DNA of 64,000 bases from assembly GCF_009914755.1 (NCBI RefSeq), contig NC_060926.1, one strand, 5' to 3'. Both the position numbers and the translations under genes were made by a program. Each line of letters opens with the position of its first letter. Within the stretch, counting starts at the first letter, position 1. This stretch comes from the human T2T-CHM13v2.0 reference genome, Homo sapiens. This document shows, in pieces, positions 26,921 through 41,279 of the stretch. The notes below the pieces were generated by a model that did not search any database, was not told where the DNA came from, and worked only from the letters and a program-made list of their open reading frames with translations.

Positions 26921-28133
26921 ACTTCCTAATCTAAATTATTTCATATAAATAAGCAAAAATGCTGTGCATGCTAACTAGTGTCATATCTCTTTGCATTTCA
27001 CTAAAATCGCATTATCTTGGTGTGATAACAATGGTTATGTGATGATCAGAAACTCTGCCTCTTCATGGTATCTGAGACTAATGAGACATCCTTGTGCCAA
27101 ATACTGATGAGGGAATTTCAACTATTCCCATTATTCATAATGGTGAGAATTTAACATAATTTCTTTCTCAATATTTCCCCAATTTTCTCAATACTTTGTT
27201 TAGTAATTCATCCCCAAATTTGTAATTGTTGTTTTATTGTATTACTAAACATTTATTTGTACCACATTCTGTTTCTGTTCCATTGTCCAGTCCATAAATT
27301 TTTGTGTTAAAAATCCACATTTCATACAAAGTAAACACGAAACTTCTGGGAAAAGTGAAATAAAAGTAGACATTGTTTATGTAAATATTTGGACTCACTG
27401 TATTGTAGCTTTCTGGACCTAAAACTGTGAGCTAGATATCCTGATTGCCAAAATTGTCTTGGGATCTTGGATGTCTTTGCTTCCGTTCTAGAGCCAAATA
27501 AGATTGTATTTTGTAATTATATTATTGTGTCATGTGTCATAGCTGAAATCCTAATAGCCACACCTATGAAGAATGGAAACTGTTTACATCTTAAAAGATT
27601 TTATTCAAGAACCAGAAGGCAAAATAATGGAGTACCTTTATGTAAAATCAACCTTGATGTAAACATCTGGATTTACTTAGCAATTGTTTCATAGAACTGA
27701 AGTATAATTAAAAGGCTAATTTGCTAGTTTGCTAGTCATTTCTCTCAACTGCAGACATAATCATAGAAATACAGGTTTTCCCGTTTGGAAAGAGTGTTAA
27801 AGACTGACCCCCTTTTTGAAGGTTAAATCCCCTCTATAATATTTCTGCCAAGTATTATTCAAATCTGGAATTTGGTGTTTGTCTCATAGCTGTGTAACCC
27901 GGTGATGTAAGCCCTCTTGACTCTTGGAGACCAGTTGCGTGTCCTGGGATAGTCAGTAACCTTCTGCTTGTGGTATGTTTCTTTGTCTCACTTGTTCTGA
28001 ATCTTCATGCTCCTGAACGTAATTTGGATGTCTCATGTGGCACAGGACAGTTGGGATACAATACCCAGTTCTTTACTAGTTTTCACACTAAAAAAAAGAC
28101 TACCAGCATCAAGCAGTTAATAAGTTTGTAGTT

Positions 28134-28144
28134 TGTGTGTATGC

Positions 28145-28175
<31 letters not shown>

Positions 28176-28192
28176 TGCAAGCACGTGTGTGT
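28134..28192. repeat. Interrupted (TG)n microsatellite
   Basis: Seen directly. Confidence 0.9.
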
Positions 28193-30656
28193 TGTGGGAG
28201 GGGTAAGGAGTAACGGAGGAGAAGGTCATTATGCTGTCTATGGGGACTTTCACCAATTTCTTTTCTGCTCTCTAAAATTCACCTCATTCACTTGAGGTTG
28301 AGGCAAGTGTCATTCAGAAAACTTCCATTCCTGTTTACTGTAATACCTGTCTCTAGTCTATTCTAATTTTATGAAAGATTTACTTTCAACCAAGATTGTA
28401 CTCACTGTAAAGGAGAGTCTGGTGGATATTTCTTTTCTCATCACAGATAAAAATTATCTTTAAAGTACACCTACCTACAAATTCTGTACAATAGTACCAA
28501 TTTGAAATACATAGCTTGCTAACTTGAATATCTTATACATTTGTGGTAAGAAGTGGTGAAGACATTTAAATTATAATAATCCTGGAGATGTGAAGGGTTA
28601 TCCAGGATGGAGGAACTTTGCGTAGGTATAACCATTGCAGGGAGGCCTACTTGACAGAGGAAATAACTTGCTTGCAGGTTAGGGAGTGATAAACTATTGT
28701 AAACTAAAGACTCTTACATTCATTTAAATAGAAAATCAATACCTACAAACATGTTGCCAGATATTTGTTATTTATTACCTTCCTTAGTAAAGGTATAAGA
28801 CTAATCTGTAATTAGCACATTTACGTTCTAAATGGAAAGCTCTCAAAGAACTTACAAACATTAAATGAGCAACTACTGTAAGGTTAAACACTGTGCTGCC
28901 CCACATGGCTGCTCTTGTGGTTTTAAAAGTGCATAGATGACAAATCACATTCTAAAATAGTATATTTCTCTCTGCACATTCTTCTAGCACAGAAAGAACA
29001 CACTAACATCTTACCAAAAGTTTAAATTTGACTAATTCTGAATTAATGTAAACACATCATTAACTCTTATTACCATGATGATTATTTTTATTCAGGGTTA
29101 TGCAGAATTATTTGCACTTGTCCCTTAACTAAAGGAGACATTTACTTTTCTTTCATTTCTTAACAGAATGGAGAAATGCATCTATCCTTTCTGTTGGTTT
29201 TCAAATGGTGTTGACAAAAATATCTTTGATCTTACTTAAGAACAGAATGTGTTGGCCAGTTAAATAGCAATGATAACTAAGAGCAAACTCTCCCCAGTGT
29301 TTCGTATAGCTCAGTGTGTCTAAGGGAATTGTGTGGCTATTTTACTGCTGTTTCTCGACAGGTTTTTCATAGTTCTTTTTATAGCTAATATATTGTTCTG
29401 GAGCTCCATTCTTTCTAAATACTGGGGAAAAATGAGAAATCCAGGGCTACGGCCATGCCTGTGGCAGTTAAGTATTGATGATGAAATTGGTGAGGCATTA
29501 AGGAAGTGTGAGTTGGTAAGCAGGTGATACATTTAAAAGGGAAAACAAAATGGGAAGAATGGTCTGTTGGATGTTGCAAAAATTACAGAAATATCTTTAG
29601 CTTTATGCACCCTTATGTGCATAATGGTAGCAGCGTTGGTGGTTGGGGCATTGGAGTATTTTTACACTGTTTGGGATGTTGTCCTAAGTGAATTGCCTTA
29701 ATATTTTCCATAGAGGCAGGAATCTGAATAAATACTATATATGTTCACATATGTATCCTTGTATATGTTTTTGATTGGAAACAATCCTGTCATAAAATAC
29801 TTGCCTACTCTGCTAAATTAATATGAGTGTATTTATAGTCATGGGAATGATTTAATGTTGTTTGATAATCTTCTGTTTTATTTATACTGAAAAATTAAGT
29901 AAGAAGCAGAGAAAAACGAAAAAGTGGTTTGTTAAATTCATTTTACCTACTGTTCTTTTTTCTTTTCTTGTGTTTTCTTCAAATTAATCAATTAAAATGC
30001 ACAGATGTTCAATTAAAACTATAAAAATTTTCCATGGCTACAGCTGTTTTGAAGCTGCATTGTTGAAAATTTAACATATCTAGTAATGATTCCCTCTCAG
30101 AAGAAATTAAATTAATGACTTTGCTAGATTATTTTCCATTTGATAAATTAAACAAAATTAGAAAAAAAACTGAGACTTACTCTGCCTGCTACCTTTATTA
30201 ATTAGCATGATAGACTAGCAGATATTAATATGAAAAGGCAACAAAATGGAAAATGTTTCTTATTTTCCAAGTGAAATACCTTCAGGACTGCAGTTTATCT
30301 TATCGGCAAATGGTTACATGGTATAAATTATTAAAATTTTACCTGTAAATAGCAGACAAATGACAAATTTCATAATCCCACATAATAGAAATGGCAGAGA
30401 TGTGATTATGTGGAGCTGATATAAAAATTTTTTTCACATTTTTGTCCACCTTGTGCATGCTAGTCAGTGACCCTTAAATAATAAGTAGAGAAACAGGATC
30501 TTTTTTCTCAGTCATGTTGCTTTATCTCCAGGAAAATTTGATTTTTTTTCTCATTTTCAATTTATTCTTTAATTTTTAAAGATCTTTCTAGTCATTTTTT
30601 TTCTTATGCCAAAACTAGTAGATGGTCATTGCATTAGGGTTCTCCAGTATCAAAAG

Positions 30657-30658
<2 letters not shown>

Positions 30659-30702
<44 letters not shown>
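30659..30702. repeat. (GT)22 perfect microsatellite
   Basis: Seen directly. Confidence 0.97.
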
Positions 30703-30704
<2 letters not shown>

Positions 30705-31121
30705 CTAGAGAGAGATTTATTTTAAGGAATTGGCTCTCATGATTGTGGGAGCTGGCAATTCTGAAATTTGTAGGATAGATTGGCAGCCTAGAAACTCAGG
30801 CAGGAATTGATGTCGTATTGAGTCCAAAGTCTGCAGGGCAGGACGAGCTGTCTAGAAACTCAGGCAGAGTCTGTATGCTGCAGTCTTGAAACAGAAAGAA
30901 CGACATTCTTTCCTTTGAGACTTTCAACTGATTGGATGAGGCCCACCCACATTATAGAGGGAAATCTGCCTTCCTTAAAATCTACCAATTATAAATGTTA
31001 ATAAATGTTAATCACAACTAAAAAATTCCTTCACAGCAACATCTAGACTGGCTTCTTATGAGTTTAAAATGTTTTAAACTTCATTTGCTTATGGATCCCA
31101 CAGATGACAGCCAGCTTTTAC

Positions 31122-31220
31122 CTGCACATGAGGGGTAGCACTGTCAGCATGGTAGGGTTGCCACAGGCAGGCACCGGGCAGGTGATCAGGGCACACATTT
31201 ACCATTCGTTGTGACAGTAG
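31122..31220 (-). pseudogene. CRIM1: Disabled fragment of a CRIM1 VWC-domain exon (stop codon and frameshift), followed by a donor site and intron-like sequence to ~31052
   Basis: Minus strand translates YCHNEW*MCALITCPVPACGNPT (16-aa core at 31198-31151), then after a small deletion QCYPSCA-G|GTAAAAG. CRIM1 as I remember it reads CYCLNGREMCALITCPVPACGNPTIHPGQCCPSCAD. Identified from memory, no search run. Confidence 0.85.
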
Positions 31221-31379
31221 GATAGGCACCATATGCTGGGCACCATAGCCTAGCTAAGTTGACACATAAAATTAACCATCACACTAATTAAGAAAATTTT
31301 AGAAAATAAAAACTAACTAAAAACACATGTAATAAAGCCCTTTCAAATGATCTCTGCTAAATGTTTCAGTGTATATCCC

Positions 31380-32450
31380 TAGAGTCTTCCTCTTATGTTT
31401 ATGTGTCTTTTCTTTTTCCTAAGTTAAGAATAAAGTGTTTATTCTATTTCATAAGTCTTTATTTATTTAAGAGTATATACACCTCAATTCATTGAAATTA
31501 TTTATTTTTCAGTCATATTTAATAACTTCAGTATAACCGGTTGAAGGGCTTGTTGGATCCTTAGGTTTTTAATTTTACGTGGACATTATATCTTTTTACA
31601 TGTATCTTTTGAATATATTACTACATGTGCATTTGCTAGTTAAAAATATGTACATTTTAAAACTTTTTGCATGCATGGCTAAATTGCCTTCTAGAAATGT
31701 ACCAGTTTACATTCCCAATATCAGTATTCCAGAGGCCAGTTTCCTTCCCTACCTTTCAATATTAGGTGTTAGAATAAAAATATTCCAATCCAAAAGATAA
31801 AAAAGACCTTGCATTATTGTTTTAATTTGAATTTCTTTTATTTCTAATGGTGTTACATGAGTTTCTTATGTTTATTTATATTAGTAGTTCTTTGTAAATT
31901 GTCTACTTTGTCCAGTTTCTATGAAGACGCTTGCTGTTTTCGTATTATAAAAACTGTATGCCGTATGTATATACACACACTGTTATATATGGAATACATA
32001 TATAACTATATGTATATTATAGTTATATATGACATATATATGTATGTGTGTATATATATGTGTGTGTATAGATATATGCACACACAGTTGTATATGTGTG
32101 TGTGTATATATATATACGCACAGTTATATCTATATATGAGAAATGTATGGTATATATATGTGTGTGTATATATATGCCATACATTTATATATATGTGTAT
32201 ATACATACATGGCATATATATGTATATATATATGAAGTTTATCAAACTGAAGTAAAAAACTCATCCATTTTTTCTGTTATGTTATACTTTTGACGTCATG
32301 CATTTCAAATTTTTTCTGTCCCAGGATGGAACACCCTCTAGTGCCATTGTAGTTTATTTTCTTTTTGTAAGCCCTGTAATTAAATTTGATGTGTGGTGTG
32401 AGGTAGGGATTATTTGTCAGTTTAATATTTTGTTTAAACTACAATTTTTC
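31380..32450 (-). mobile_element. Old L1 (L1ME-like) 3' fragment
   Basis: AAATTGCCTTCTAGAAATGTACCAGTTTACATTCCCA, ATTGTTTTAATTTGAATTTCTTTA, GTGTGAGGTAGGGA motifs. Confidence 0.6.
31965..32233. repeat. Compound (TA)/(TG)/(CA) low-complexity tract
   Basis: Seen directly; source of the I/Y/M/C-rich ORFs at 31857-32293. Confidence 0.9.
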
Positions 32451-33594
32451 TATCTACTTCCATACCTGAGGGAGTTGGCATGCAACAGACTGAAAATGCT
32501 AGAAAGAAGCAGCTTTACAGGTTCATATCTGATTGACCCAATAAAGATCACAGTGTTTCTGCACCATTATTATTCTGTCTAAAAACAGAATTAAAGGTAA
32601 TGGCAGTTGCCTCCAGCATCCAGGCATATGAATGCATGTGTATGTTTATGTGGATGTGTGTAGATATATGTGAGCATGAAAGAGAGTATGCCTATAAGAT
32701 GATAATGAGGAATCTGAGAATCATTTTTAATATTAACTATGATCTTATTAGCTACAATTTTTTCAAGACTTGAGAATTTTTCTTTGTTGACAATACTTGC
32801 ATCTTTAATCAGTAATCATGCTAGATCAAAAAGTACTAGACTACAGTATTTTAACTGCAGAAGTATGTATTTATGTACAAGGGAAGAATATATCCATGGA
32901 CAAGATACTGCCTCTAATTCATGGACATATTCTGCCACTGAGCAAATCTTGTTACCAGTGACTATGTTGACTTGGAAAGGTTATGACACACATCCCTAAG
33001 CACAGTGCTGTTTGTGACCCTATTGTAATTTTTACTATATTTATGTACCCCCATAGGAAATGTCTTCCATTTATTTTTTACAAAATGATAAGTTATTGGG
33101 TATAAGAAAGTGCAGTGACTAAGATAAATCTTACCCTATATAGTCTTATTTTTTTCCACTCATCTTAAGAATCCTCATCACGCTCATCATCAATTTTTCA
33201 TCACTAAATATGGGACAAGAAGCAATGACCTGAAATTTCAAGTGAGCCATATTAAGAATTATGATTTTCATAATTGCCAGAAGTAAACAGGCTTAGTATT
33301 TTGTCAATATGTTTTATATATTTACCAATTCGTTTTAGATTGCTGTCTTTTTTTTTTTTGAGATTTTTTTTTTCAGAGTTATCTTGAAGTTTATTTTTAG
33401 TGTGGCAGAATTCCTTATTAATATTTGTGGGTTTTCATTATGCATTGCACTGTTTTACACTTGAAATTTTTAGGAGATATGGCTTAGCATTTTACATTTT
33501 ATCAAGCTCCTCAGGATATTGATATAGCTATTCAGTTTCAGAGGAACTAGACTATTGCATTTGGCTTTAGAATTGGTATATTCAGAGAGATTTT

Positions 33595-33680
33595 CTCATG
33601 AAATGTGAGAAGATAGGTTAAAGTGCCTAGCACAGAGCCAGGCACAGAGTAGGCATTGTACAAATGTGCATTACTTATTT
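33595..33680 (+). mobile_element. MIR 3' fragment
   Basis: TAAAGTGCCTAGCACAGAGCCAGGCACAGAGTAGGCA. Confidence 0.65.
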
Positions 33681-34179
33681 TATCCGAGTATTAAGGGTAA
33701 TTAGCAAACTGATGTGGACTTGGTCTGTTCCACATTTGTGGCTGTTTTTAAGGAAGCTTCCATTTAAATCCATACATTTTACAGTGTATGTTTTGTATTA
33801 CTAATCTCTATGAGCTTAACATTTGGAGGACAGTGTTTATTGACTTTTTAGTGTGAACAGCTCATCATTTTGTTAAAGACTGAATATTCTGAACATTCCA
33901 GGAACATAAATATCCAAAAGTACTACTTGCATTAGCTAACAGAACTGCCATATATTTGCACAGCTGTTAAATGGTTGTTTTAAAATTTTAAAAAATACTT
34001 CAGGTGTATGCAATTATTCAAATTATGTAAATATTCAGAGGTTTATACCAAAATAAGAAGATGCCACCTTGTGGTACAAAAAAAAAGATTTTTAAGTACA
34101 TTTGTAATATGTGGTTGACAAATCTTTGGAATAACATGTGGTTGACAAACCTATTTGAGTAAATAGGAAAAGCCGCTAA

Positions 34180-34536
<357 letters not shown>

Positions 34537-35009
34537 ACTAAATGTTTTAATTCAGCAACTATGTCACAAATAGAAAGATCACAAGGGGAAAATTATGTGG
34601 GAGTGTTTTGTTTTATGAAAGCAGGGGTCTATTCAGTAGTATACAGTTGTTACAAAGGTATTACAAGGGAACATTTCAAAGATGTTTAATGGAATATAAT
34701 AAACTCACAACATGTATTTTAAAATTAAGATCATGGTGTATTTTCAAGAACGATTGCTACATTTTGTTCCTTTAGGTAAAGAGTAAAATTTTATTATGAT
34801 TTCACTTTAATGAACATAATTTAAGACAATCTTTTACTTGGATAATGTCTATATATATTAAGATGATGTTTTGTTAAAAAGATAAAGATTACTTGAAATG
34901 AATTATGAACTATAGCATACACCTAGATGATGAGTAGATTTCTTACATCAGATTATGTTGGAACTTCTGAGAATGAGTCAATCTTGGAAATCATGTAGTT
35001 TGATATTTT

Positions 35010-35065
35010 ATCTTTTATTGGCATGTAAACTGAGGCATAGAGATGTTAAATGACTCGCCCAGGAA
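35010..35065 (-). mobile_element. MIR core fragment
   Basis: AAACTGAGGCATAGAGATGTTAAATGACTCGCCCAGG. Confidence 0.6.
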
Positions 35066-35769
35066 CCCCCACTCCTCAGCAGTTTCCTTCCTTTATCCTG
35101 TGCTGCTTCTTCTTCCCCAAACTACATTTGAATTGGCCTCTTGTATTGAGAATCTTTGTTTTCCAGAAAAAGAATAGATGAGAATCCATTTCTCCCCTCT
35201 GAACTTTTCATTAAATGTTTATTCTGTTGCATTTCTCCATAAGCATTTTTATATTGCCATTTTCTCCTCTTATTAGAATACTTAATATAGTTCCAAATAG
35301 TACCTAATTGAAAACAGTTTATCATATCCCTTTTTATTTATTAGTATAATAGTATCCCTGCAATCTGGTGGCAGGAAAGTACTGCACTATTTTATTGTAA
35401 TTTATCCCATTTTAAATGTTCATTTGGGTCTATGAAATTGCATAATACTTTTAATACTTTATAGAAATACACTTTCAGAGTATGTGTTGGAAAAAACGCC
35501 TCAAATATCAGAATTGGCTTTGAAATTTTGCAGAAATAATATTGGGGGATATTCCAAATCCAAACTTAAATGAATGAATCGGCCTATCATTTCAAAGATT
35601 TTGAAAGGGTGGGCACCTGTATATGTACCAAGGAAATAAAAGATCATATTTGTAGACATTTATCCATGACAAGTGACAAAAGAAGTTACTGGCAGGCCTT
35701 GTTATAGAATCTCCAGAGCATTGTGAGTGGATTTATCAGGAAAAGTATCACACATAGACTTGTATCTAT

Positions 35770-36812
<1,043 letters not shown>

Positions 36813-37399
36813 TGAATTATATTTAAATGAAGTCTTGAGGAATAAGAATAATTTAGATAATTAGGTGGTGCTGAGGTGGGTACTTTAGGCAGAAATGGTG
36901 TGGCCCATGTCTATTTCTCTTTGGGACATAGTGATTAAAATTTGTTTGGAGATGGAGGACCTTACATAAGGGTAAGGTTATTCAGGACAGGTGATGAATT
37001 AATTGTGTTTAGCTGTTTTCCATATGTAATGGAAAGCCATGAGTGACTTTTAGTTAAGAAAGTGTTATGAATGAACTAGCATTATGATTGAGGATTGTAC
37101 ACAAAAGTGTGGTTTTGAGAAAATAACATGAAATGAAATGAATGTGTGTGAATGTCTCTTAATTCAACAACTAATCTTTCTATTTCCAGATGTGCTTTGA
37201 TTCACAAGTATCATAGAAGAAAATATTTTTATTACCTTTATTTGGTTAATCTTCCTTTCTTCATTTATTGACCAGAAATACGGCAATAGAAACTCTATAC
37301 TCCCTTTGCAACAATTTATCTTTTCAACAGCACCATCCCTTAGGACAACTGTCACCTTCCAAGTACAGATTTACTTAAAAGAAAAAAAGCCTAGGGGTG

Positions 37400-37755
37400 T
37401 GTTATGGTTTGAATTTGTTTCCAGAAAACGTGTGTTGGAAACTTAATCCACAATGCAACCGTGTTAAGAGGTGGGGCCTACTGGGAGGTTTTTAGGTCAT
37501 TTGGGCTCCCACCCTCACGAGTGGATTAATGTTGGTGATAAAAGGGCTTAAGGATGTGAATTTGAGCTCTTGGTCTCCCTTACTCTTCTTTGCCCTTCCA
37601 CCATGGGATGACAGCAAGAAAGTCCTTACCAGATGTCAGCTCCTTGATCTTGGTATTCTCAGCCTCCAGAACTGCAAGAAATAAATTTCTATTGTATACA
37701 CGTTACTCAGTCTGTGAGTCTGTGGCATTCTAACATTACCAAACAGACTAAGACA
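37400..37755 (+). mobile_element. MSTD-like ERVL-MaLR solo LTR
   Basis: TGTTATGGTTTGAAT start, CAGCCTCCAGAACTG...AATAAATTTCT, end GACTAAGACA; perfect 5-bp TSD GGGTG. Confidence 0.88.
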
Positions 37756-37890
37756 GGGTGGTTGCACAAAAATGTGGTAGAGTACCCCATCGTTTATATA
37801 CTGTATAGGTGTTAGTAGGAGGTCAGTTAACTCAGTATAGCCCAGAATAGGCATCAAGAAGCTAAAGAAAACCTTTCTCAAAAATGTCTT

Positions 37891-38632
37891 TGTGTTAGGT
37901 GGAATAATGGCTCCTCAAAGGTGTTTATGTTCTAATCCCACAGACCTGTGAATGTTAGGTTATATGGCAAAGGAGAATTAGGTTTGCAGTTGAAATTAAG
38001 ACTGTGAGTCAGCTGACCTGAAAAAAGAGAAATTATAGTAGCATCTCTGGGCTAAGCATGTTAGCACTGGATTATCTGAGTGAGTCTAAAGTAACCATAA
38101 GGATCCTTAAAAGTGAAAGACAGAGACAGAAGAGAAGGTTGAGATGATAAAATGTCAGAAGGACTCAACCTACCATTGCTGGTTTTGAAGATGAAAAGGG
38201 GGGTGTTTGGTCTAAGACAAGAACGTGGGCCTCCTTTAAGAAGCTGGAAAAGGCTGAGTACGGTGGCTCAAGCCTGAAATCGCAGCTACCCAGGATGCTG
38301 AGGCAGGAGGATCACTTGAATTCAGGAGTTCAAAGCTGCAGTGCACTATGATTGCACCACTGCACTGCAGTGGAGTGACAGAGTCAGACCTTGATCTCAA
38401 AAAAAATAAAATAAAATAAAAAATAAAAAAAGCTGGGAAAAGGCATGACAAGGAAACAGTACTCTTTAGAAGCTTCTGAAAGGAATATTGCCCTCTTGCC
38501 CTACCTTGACTTTAGTCCAGTGAGATCTGCAACAGACTTCTCACCTACAAAACTGTAAAATAATACATTTTTGTTGTTTTAAGCCACTCAGTTTATGGTA
38601 ATATGTCACAGCACCAGTAGCAAATAAATACC
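37891..38632 (+). mobile_element. MLT1D-like ERVL-MaLR solo LTR, interrupted by an Alu monomer
   Basis: TGTGTTAGGTGGAATAATGG start, CATTGCTGGTTTTGAAGATG, TTGTTTTAAGCCACT. Confidence 0.85.
38252..38428 (+). mobile_element. FRAM/FAM-like Alu monomer
   Basis: Single arm with (TAAAA)n tail; TSD AAGCTGGAAAA/AAGCTGGGAAAA. Confidence 0.85.
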
Positions 38633-38684
38633 GCCCAGACCAAAGATCAAAGGATGAGAATGATCCTCCTCCTCCTCCTCATCT

Positions 38685-38905
38685 TATAGTTATTCTGTGG
38701 AGGACTGACTGTCTGTCAGGTACTCAACATAATCTCATCCAGTTCTTACTGCTACCTTGCTGGCAGGTATTATCTCTAGCTTGTAAATGATAAACAAATG
38801 CTGTTAGGAATTTAGAAAGAAATTCTCCCCAGAGCCTTGAAGTTTGTATGTGACAGAGATCAGGTTTAAACTGTTTCATCTGAGGACAAAGTCTCATCCT
38901 CTTTA
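38685..38905 (-). mobile_element. MIR
   Basis: Degenerate antisense MIR (GGCAGGTATTATC...TGTGACAGAGATCAGGTTTAAAC). Confidence 0.55.
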
Positions 38906-38921
38906 TTTCAGCAGGAGTAGT

Positions 38922-39055
38922 TGGGAGGCAGTAGAGCTTTGGGCCTAAGCAGGTTGGCTCTGGAGTCAGACTGCCTGGTTTGAATTCTTGCTCCTCATCT
39001 TGTTAGACTAGTGCCTAGGACATAGTAAATCCTGAGTACATCTTGGCTGTTATTA
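38922..39055 (+). mobile_element. MIR with internal deletion
   Basis: GGCTCTGGAGTCAGACTGCCTGGTTTGAAT head joined to AGTGCCTAGGACATAGTAA tail. Confidence 0.7.
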
Positions 39056-39879
39056 TGATGAATTGTTGTTATTAGTATTATTATTATACTGCATAGATGG
39101 CACTATAAGAGTAGTCATTGTCTTAGGAAGGTGTTTGTTAAAGTAACTACTACAACATCCAGACTATTGAGCTTAAGTATAAACTTCTCAAACTTCATTT
39201 TATCCTTTAATTTTAGCTTTTGGAATTTGTTGAAATGCCTCTTCAGTTCATTAAGCAGTGAACTTGAAACTCATTAATTCATGTATTTACCTGGCATGGT
39301 CTTTGTTTATAACTACTGGGAATGCTCTATTTTTGTCAACCCCTAATGATTGTTGGACAATATCTTGAAATAATTTTCAGTGATGGTTACTTTTTTGACG
39401 GGCCCTACCTTTGTGCAGTGAACTACTTTTTTTGGAAAGATGCTTGGATTTAGGAAAATAGGCATCTGAATGAACAGAATATAGTCCCTTGGGTGTAAGT
39501 GATGATCCTTTCGTTCTACCATTGTCAAGAGATGGCATTATGATTTATCTGGACATGTATGCAACTTGCAGGCCCATTTTATCATTCATTGTCTTACAAA
39601 TAAGCCCTGTTCCCTGTTTAACCAAGCCTCAACCACAGAAGGTGGGTAGCAAGCTGATAAATCTCTACCAAGGCACTGGGTCTTCAGACTGGTAATTTAA
39701 TGGTAAATCACTATTCTGGTAATCCAAAAAGACAAAATTTCTGGTTGTCCCAATATTCTGATTTCAAGGCAATCATTCATCTTTGGCCCCAGACCAGTGC
39801 TGAAGTAAATGTGTGCAGCCAATTCCAGTATGTGCTGAGTCTAAGATTAAGCAAGCTCTTGACACCTGGAACCCTCAGA

Positions 39880-40430
39880 TGTTAATCTCTTCTTAGTCAG
39901 TTTCCTGATCTTCTATTTGCTCTTCAACTCCCTTGGTTTCCCTGATATTCTTTTCTCCTTTTTCATTGTTCCTCTTTCACTTCTCATTCTTGGTTTCTTT
40001 TACGGACTCCACTTCTATAGTTCTCACATTAAAAGATAGCTTTATCTAGTTTTAAACTTCTACCCTCTACTCTTCTTGTTCTGTTCTCTCTTTCTGAATG
40101 CTTTTTCTGACTTGCATGCCAACAATTATTACCCCTGTTCTGATGACTCCCATCCCATTTTACTAGCTCCTAAATTCTTCCCTGATCTTCAGACTTATGA
40201 ATCCAGTGGCCTGGCAACTGGGCATGTAGATGAATATTGAAATCATCTTTCCTGTATAAGCCTGGGTTTTCTGTCCTAGTTGTGGCATCATTATCCTACA
40301 ACATTCAAATAAAAATCAACTGTTTTTTCCCATTTTGGTGTACTGTAATGTGTTTCTTGAATCTCCTTTCTCTCCATCTTTATTGTAGTTGTCCTGATTC
40401 AGGTCCACGTATTTGTCATCTGAATATTAA
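39880..40430 (+). mobile_element. L2 fragment
   Basis: Pyrimidine-rich L2 body with CTGATGACTCCCA (decayed ADDS) and TTCAGACT...ATCCAGTGGCCT. Confidence 0.55.
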
Positions 40431-41184
40431 TTTTGTTTTGATCGCTTTAATGTATCATTATAAATTTTATCATTAAATATATCCATCATGCTTTCTATTT
40501 TTTAATTTCATCCATTGCTTTAATGCTTTGGTGGTACTAATCTACCATGAAATAAGTTAAATATTCATATAGATTTCCCTCTAGATTATTATGGTTTCCT
40601 TTTTTATTAATTATTAATGCTTTATAGTTTCTTTTCTTTTTCATGTTAAATGTTCTTTCATTTTATTATCATTACTTATTTAAGGTTTGGATACTTGAAT
40701 TTTTCTTGATTGAGTTTCTTGAATGTTTACTCCAATAATTTTTGCAAGAACTAGTTCTTACAATTATTAATTTTAGTATATTTTTATTTTTTAAAACATT
40801 TTTACTTATTTCTGCTTTCATTTTTAATAGTATCTTTTTTTTCTGATTTTCCTAACTTTTCTTTGTTGATAGCATTTAGGATATGAATTTGCCTCCAGGT
40901 TACAGCTTTTTAAGCAACATGTGTTATAGTATGCAGTACTTTAAAAATATTCACCTTTTATATATGAAGAATTTCACATGTATGTAATGTAAGCAGAATA
41001 GTTTAATCACCCCCCAGGTACCTATCACCAAACTTCAACAATTATCAACATTTTGCCATACTTATTCCCCCATGCCCCCATTTTTTTTGCAGTATTCTAA
41101 AGCAAATCCTAGATATTGTGAAATACAGTAATATTTATTTATATTTTTAATTTTGAGTTTCCTACTATTAAAAAAAGTTTAGAT

Positions 41185-41279
41185 TATATATGTGTGTAAG
41201 TATTTGCATGTTTATGTACTCATATGTATATATGTGTGTAAGTATTTGCATGTTTATGTACTCATATGTATATATGTGT
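41185..41279. repeat. Perfect 42-bp tandem duplication (2.25 copies)
   Basis: TATATATGTGTGTAAGTATTTGCATGTTTATGTACTCATATG at 41185-41226 and 41227-41268. Confidence 0.93.

Larger units (their letters stand above)
30630..31283 (-). mobile_element. MLT2 (C/D-like) ERVL solo LTR containing (GT)22 and a foreign insert
   Basis: TGCATTAGGGTTCTCCAG start, GATTGGATGAGGCCCACCCACATT, end AAGTTGACACATAAAATTAACCATCACA, all MLT2 consensus motifs. Confidence 0.88.

Noticed and set aside
29975-30130. Faint resemblance to a hAT transposase C-terminus (ATTAATGACTTTGCT, INDFA)
   Set aside because: Too short and AT-rich; no TIRs or continuous frame.
31857-32293. Overlapping ORFs of 65-132 aa rich in I/Y/M/C
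   Set aside because: Translation of the (TA)/(TG) low-complexity tract.
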